60,642 nt of DNA, taken from Bacteroidales bacterium (GTDB taxonomy: Bacteria; Bacteroidota; Bacteroidia; Bacteroidales; Muribaculaceae). A program made the translations under genes and the position numbers. Location of the stretch: NCBI GenBank assembly GCA_900755985.1, contig CAAEIL010000010.1, positions 1 to 60,642 on the forward strand. The letters run 5' to 3'. Under the pieces are notes generated by a model. That model ran no database searches, was not told the origin of the DNA, and saw nothing but the letters and a program-made list of their open reading frames with translations. Position 1 is the stretch's first letter. Each line of letters begins with the position of its first letter. Of this stretch, positions 58,061 to 60,642 are shown one piece after another.

Positions 58061-60178
58061 ATGACTCTGAAACAAAAAATCGTGACTCCGCTGCTCATTG
58101 CCGCGGCTGTTACTGCTTCAAATCCAACCATGGCTCAGAACAATAACGAAAATATCTTTGCCCAGCCGTTCAAGACCATCCATGAGACGGCACCTTTCTC
58201 TCGCTTCGATTCTAAAATATGGGTTCCGGCGGTAAAACACGCCATCGAGACAGCCAAACAGGAAGTCAACGCCATAACAAGACAGCGCTCGACACCCGAT
58301 TTCGAAAACACCATTGTTGCACTCGAAAACACAGGTTCCGAACTAAACCGTGTTGTCGAACCATTCTTCGCTATTGTCGAAGCCGAAGCCAACGACGAAT
58401 TACTGGATGCATCTGTCGAAATATCCCGTCTGCTCAGCAATTTCTCCACCGAGCAGATTCTTAATCAGGGACTTTGGAAACGCATCCGTCAGGTATACGA
58501 AAATCGCGCCTTGTACAAACTGAATCCCGAGGACTCTATGCTGCTTCAGCAGACATACGATTCATTCGCCCTTTCAGGTGCTACACTCGAAGGCGAAAAA
58601 CGCGACGAATTCAAAAAGATAAGCTCCGAGCTGTCCGAACTTACCACCCGTTTCAGCCAGAATGTTCTTAAAGAGTTGGCCACATACGAAATATGGCTCA
58701 ACAAAGACCAGATTGCCGGTCTTCCAGAAAGTGTCGTCCATGCAGCTAAGGAAGCCGCCAAAGCAAAAGGTCGTCCCGACGAATATCTCTTCGGCCTTGA
58801 CCAACCCACATATATGGCCGTCATGAAATACGCCGACAACGACGCTGTCCGCGAAAAATTCTATCGCCTTTACACAGGCCGCAACACCAATGGTGAATAC
58901 AACAACATCGAAATCCTTAAACGCATTGCCGACCTGCGCCGTCAGTTGGCCAATCTCCTCGGAAAGGAAACTTACGCCGACCACTCGCTGACACGCACCA
59001 TGGCCCAGAATCCTGCGAATGTCTACAAACTTCTTGATCAACTTCGCGATGCATACCGTCCTGCCCTCGACAAGGAGATGAAATCGCTCGCCGAATTTGC
59101 CAAATCACAGACCGGAAATGATACACCCATCACTCCCTGGAACTACAGCTACTGGTCAAACAAAGAACGTATGGCAAAATATGCTTTCGACGAGGAAGCC
59201 CTGCGCCCATATTTTGAAATCAACAACGTTATCGATGGCGTCTTTGGCCTTGCGACCCGCCTCTATGGTCTCAAGTTCAAACAGAACCCAGATATCGAGG
59301 TCTATCACCCCGATGTCCGTGCCTATGAAGTCTTTGACGAAAACGACAAATACATCGGAGTATTTTATGCCGACTTCTTCACCAGACCGACAAAGCGTCC
59401 GGGCGCATGGATGACAAACTTCAAAGACCAGTGGATTGACGAAAACGGCGTCAACTCGCGTCCTCACGTCACCATTGTCACCAACTTCGGCAAAAGCGCC
59501 GAAGGCAAACCGTCATTGCTCACTCCCTATGAGGTCGAGACTTTCCTGCACGAATTCGGTCATTCGCTCCACGGCCTTCTCGCCGACACAAAATATCATT
59601 CACTGTCAGGCACATCGGTCTACCGCGACTTTGTCGAACTGCCCTCACAGTTCAACGAAAACTTCCTTACCGAAAAAGAATACCTTAATACTTTCGCCCG
59701 TCATTATCAGACCGGCGAACAGATACCCGACTCGCTTGTCCAGGCACTTGTAAGCTCGTCACAGTACGGCGCCGCATATGCCTGCATGCGTCAGCTTATG
59801 TTCGGATATCTTGATATGGCTTGGCACACCACCAAAGCACCGGTTGAAGACGCTGTCGCTTTCGAAATCGAAGCCATACGCCCCGTACAGATTTTCGAAC
59901 CCGTCGAAGGCTCGGCTGTTTCGCCTCAGTTCAGCCATATCTTTGCCGGAGGTTATGCCGCCGGTTATTACAGCTACAAATGGGCTGAAGTACTCGACGC
60001 TGATGCCTTCTCGGTATTCAAAAAGAACGGCATATTCGATCGCAAGACCGCAGACTCGTTCCGTAACAACATACTCTCACGCGGAGGCACCGAGAATCCC
60101 GCTGTCCTCTACCGCCGTTTCCGTGGCAGTGAACCCACCATCGATGCACTGCTACTTCGCGACGGCATCAAAAAATAA
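58061..60178 (+). CDS. dcp: M3 family metallopeptidase (peptidyl-dipeptidase Dcp), secreted
   Basis: KRPGAWM, LHEFGHSLH, DFVELPSQ, FSHIFAGGYAAGYYSYKWAEVLDAD. Confidence 0.93.
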   Translation: MTLKQKIVTPLLIAAAVTASNPTMAQNNNENIFAQPFKTIHETAPFSRFDSKIWVPAVKHAIETAKQEVNAITRQRSTPDFENTIVALENTGSELNRVVEPFFAIVEAEANDELLDASVEISRLLSNFSTEQILNQGLWKRIRQVYENRALYKLNPEDSMLLQQTYDSFALSGATLEGEKRDEFKKISSELSELTTRFSQNVLKELATYEIWLNKDQIAGLPESVVHAAKEAAKAKGRPDEYLFGLDQPTYMAVMKYADNDAVREKFYRLYTGRNTNGEYNNIEILKRIADLRRQLANLLGKETYADHSLTRTMAQNPANVYKLLDQLRDAYRPALDKEMKSLAEFAKSQTGNDTPITPWNYSYWSNKERMAKYAFDEEALRPYFEINNVIDGVFGLATRLYGLKFKQNPDIEVYHPDVRAYEVFDENDKYIGVFYADFFTRPTKRPGAWMTNFKDQWIDENGVNSRPHVTIVTNFGKSAEGKPSLLTPYEVETFLHEFGHSLHGLLADTKYHSLSGTSVYRDFVELPSQFNENFLTEKEYLNTFARHYQTGEQIPDSLVQALVSSSQYGAAYACMRQLMFGYLDMAWHTTKAPVEDAVAFEIEAIRPVQIFEPVEGSAVSPQFSHIFAGGYAAGYYSYKWAEVLDADAFSVFKKNGIFDRKTADSFRNNILSRGGTENPAVLYRRFRGSEPTIDALLLRDGIKK

Positions 60179-60197
60179 AACCTGTCAACCATGCTCT

Positions 60198-60234
60198 TAT
60201 GCACCCCGCAGTCGTCCGGATTGCGGGGCGCATA
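60198..60234 (+). terminator. Stem-loop after dcp
   Basis: TATGCACCCCGCA / TGCGGGGCGCATA (one mismatch). Confidence 0.55.
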
Positions 60235-60277
60235 GCATTCCCCCGGGTCAAGTTTCACATCATTGTCAATTCACTCT

Positions 60278-60337
60278 ATATTGTCCTAAATATTTTTTGA
60301 ACGCAGGTCAACTTGCAGAGGCATCAGCCTTTGCAAA
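60278..60337 (-). repeat. Inverted copy of the 57133-57192 IS-end sequence
   Basis: Reverse complement matches 57133-57192 at 55/60 positions (aligned by hand). Confidence 0.9.
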
Positions 60338-60642
60338 AAATGCATTAATCCATAATTCGGCAACCCCGACACGTAACATTTCAGCGACTTTGTGAATTTT
60401 GCCAAAAGGTACAAACTTTTTCGCAGGGGATAAGAAAAAAATTTGGAAGTTTCAAAAATATTCCTTAACTTGGGCGCGCTGAAACATCTAATCCTCACTT
60501 CAAATCATTCTCATTAAATCTATGCCACGGCATAGCCTTAGAAATATTTCCAACTTCCACCACAATTATCTTAAGACAGGAAATATTTAATATACTTTAT
60601 ACTAACTCCGGAATTTAGAATATGGATATAAGAATTGTAAAA

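Noticed and set aside
1..60642. CRISPR array, rRNA, tRNA, intact prophage or intact transposase
   Set aside because: No repeat-spacer array, no recognisable structural RNA and no integrase or DDE core seen by eye. Small ncRNAs cannot be excluded without covariance-model searches.
60622..60642. Possible gene start MDIRIVK at the window edge
   Set aside because: Only 7 codons are visible, so it cannot be supported.

Overview
Chromosomal window from a Bacteroidota bacterium, probably a gut Bacteroidales such as Muribaculaceae. This is inferred from TAnnTTTG/TTTG promoters, A-rich translation starts lacking Shine-Dalgarno sequences, a FeoA-FeoB fusion and a long S16. There are about 40 CDS, mostly on the minus strand to 15 kb and all on the plus strand after that. 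I saw no rRNA, tRNA or CRISPR array. Housekeeping genes include rpmH (missing from the ORF track), ndh, feoB, purA, pheS, nth, rpsP and dcp. The main signal is a ~16 kb co-oriented locus (37.4-54.1 kb) that reads as a peptidoglycan (PG) glycan scavenging and catabolism system. It encodes a secreted protein with a hidden Amidase_3-like Zn site, a double-GT2 protein, a DUF4922 HxHxQ nucleotidyl-transfer protein, a SpoIID lytic transglycosylase, AmpG, NamZ, an FAD/Fe-S D-lactate dehydrogenase, an HGSNAT/NagX-like acetyltransferase, a MurK-like kinase, MurQ and an SGNH esterase. NagZ and AnmK are absent from the window. A second cluster (2.9-6.8 kb: transglutaminase-like, YkfC, Tat-type YkfB) matches stem-peptide catabolism. 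IS4-like remnants form a 60-bp inverted repeat around rpsP-dcp. All functional calls come from motif recognition by eye; no database searches were run.
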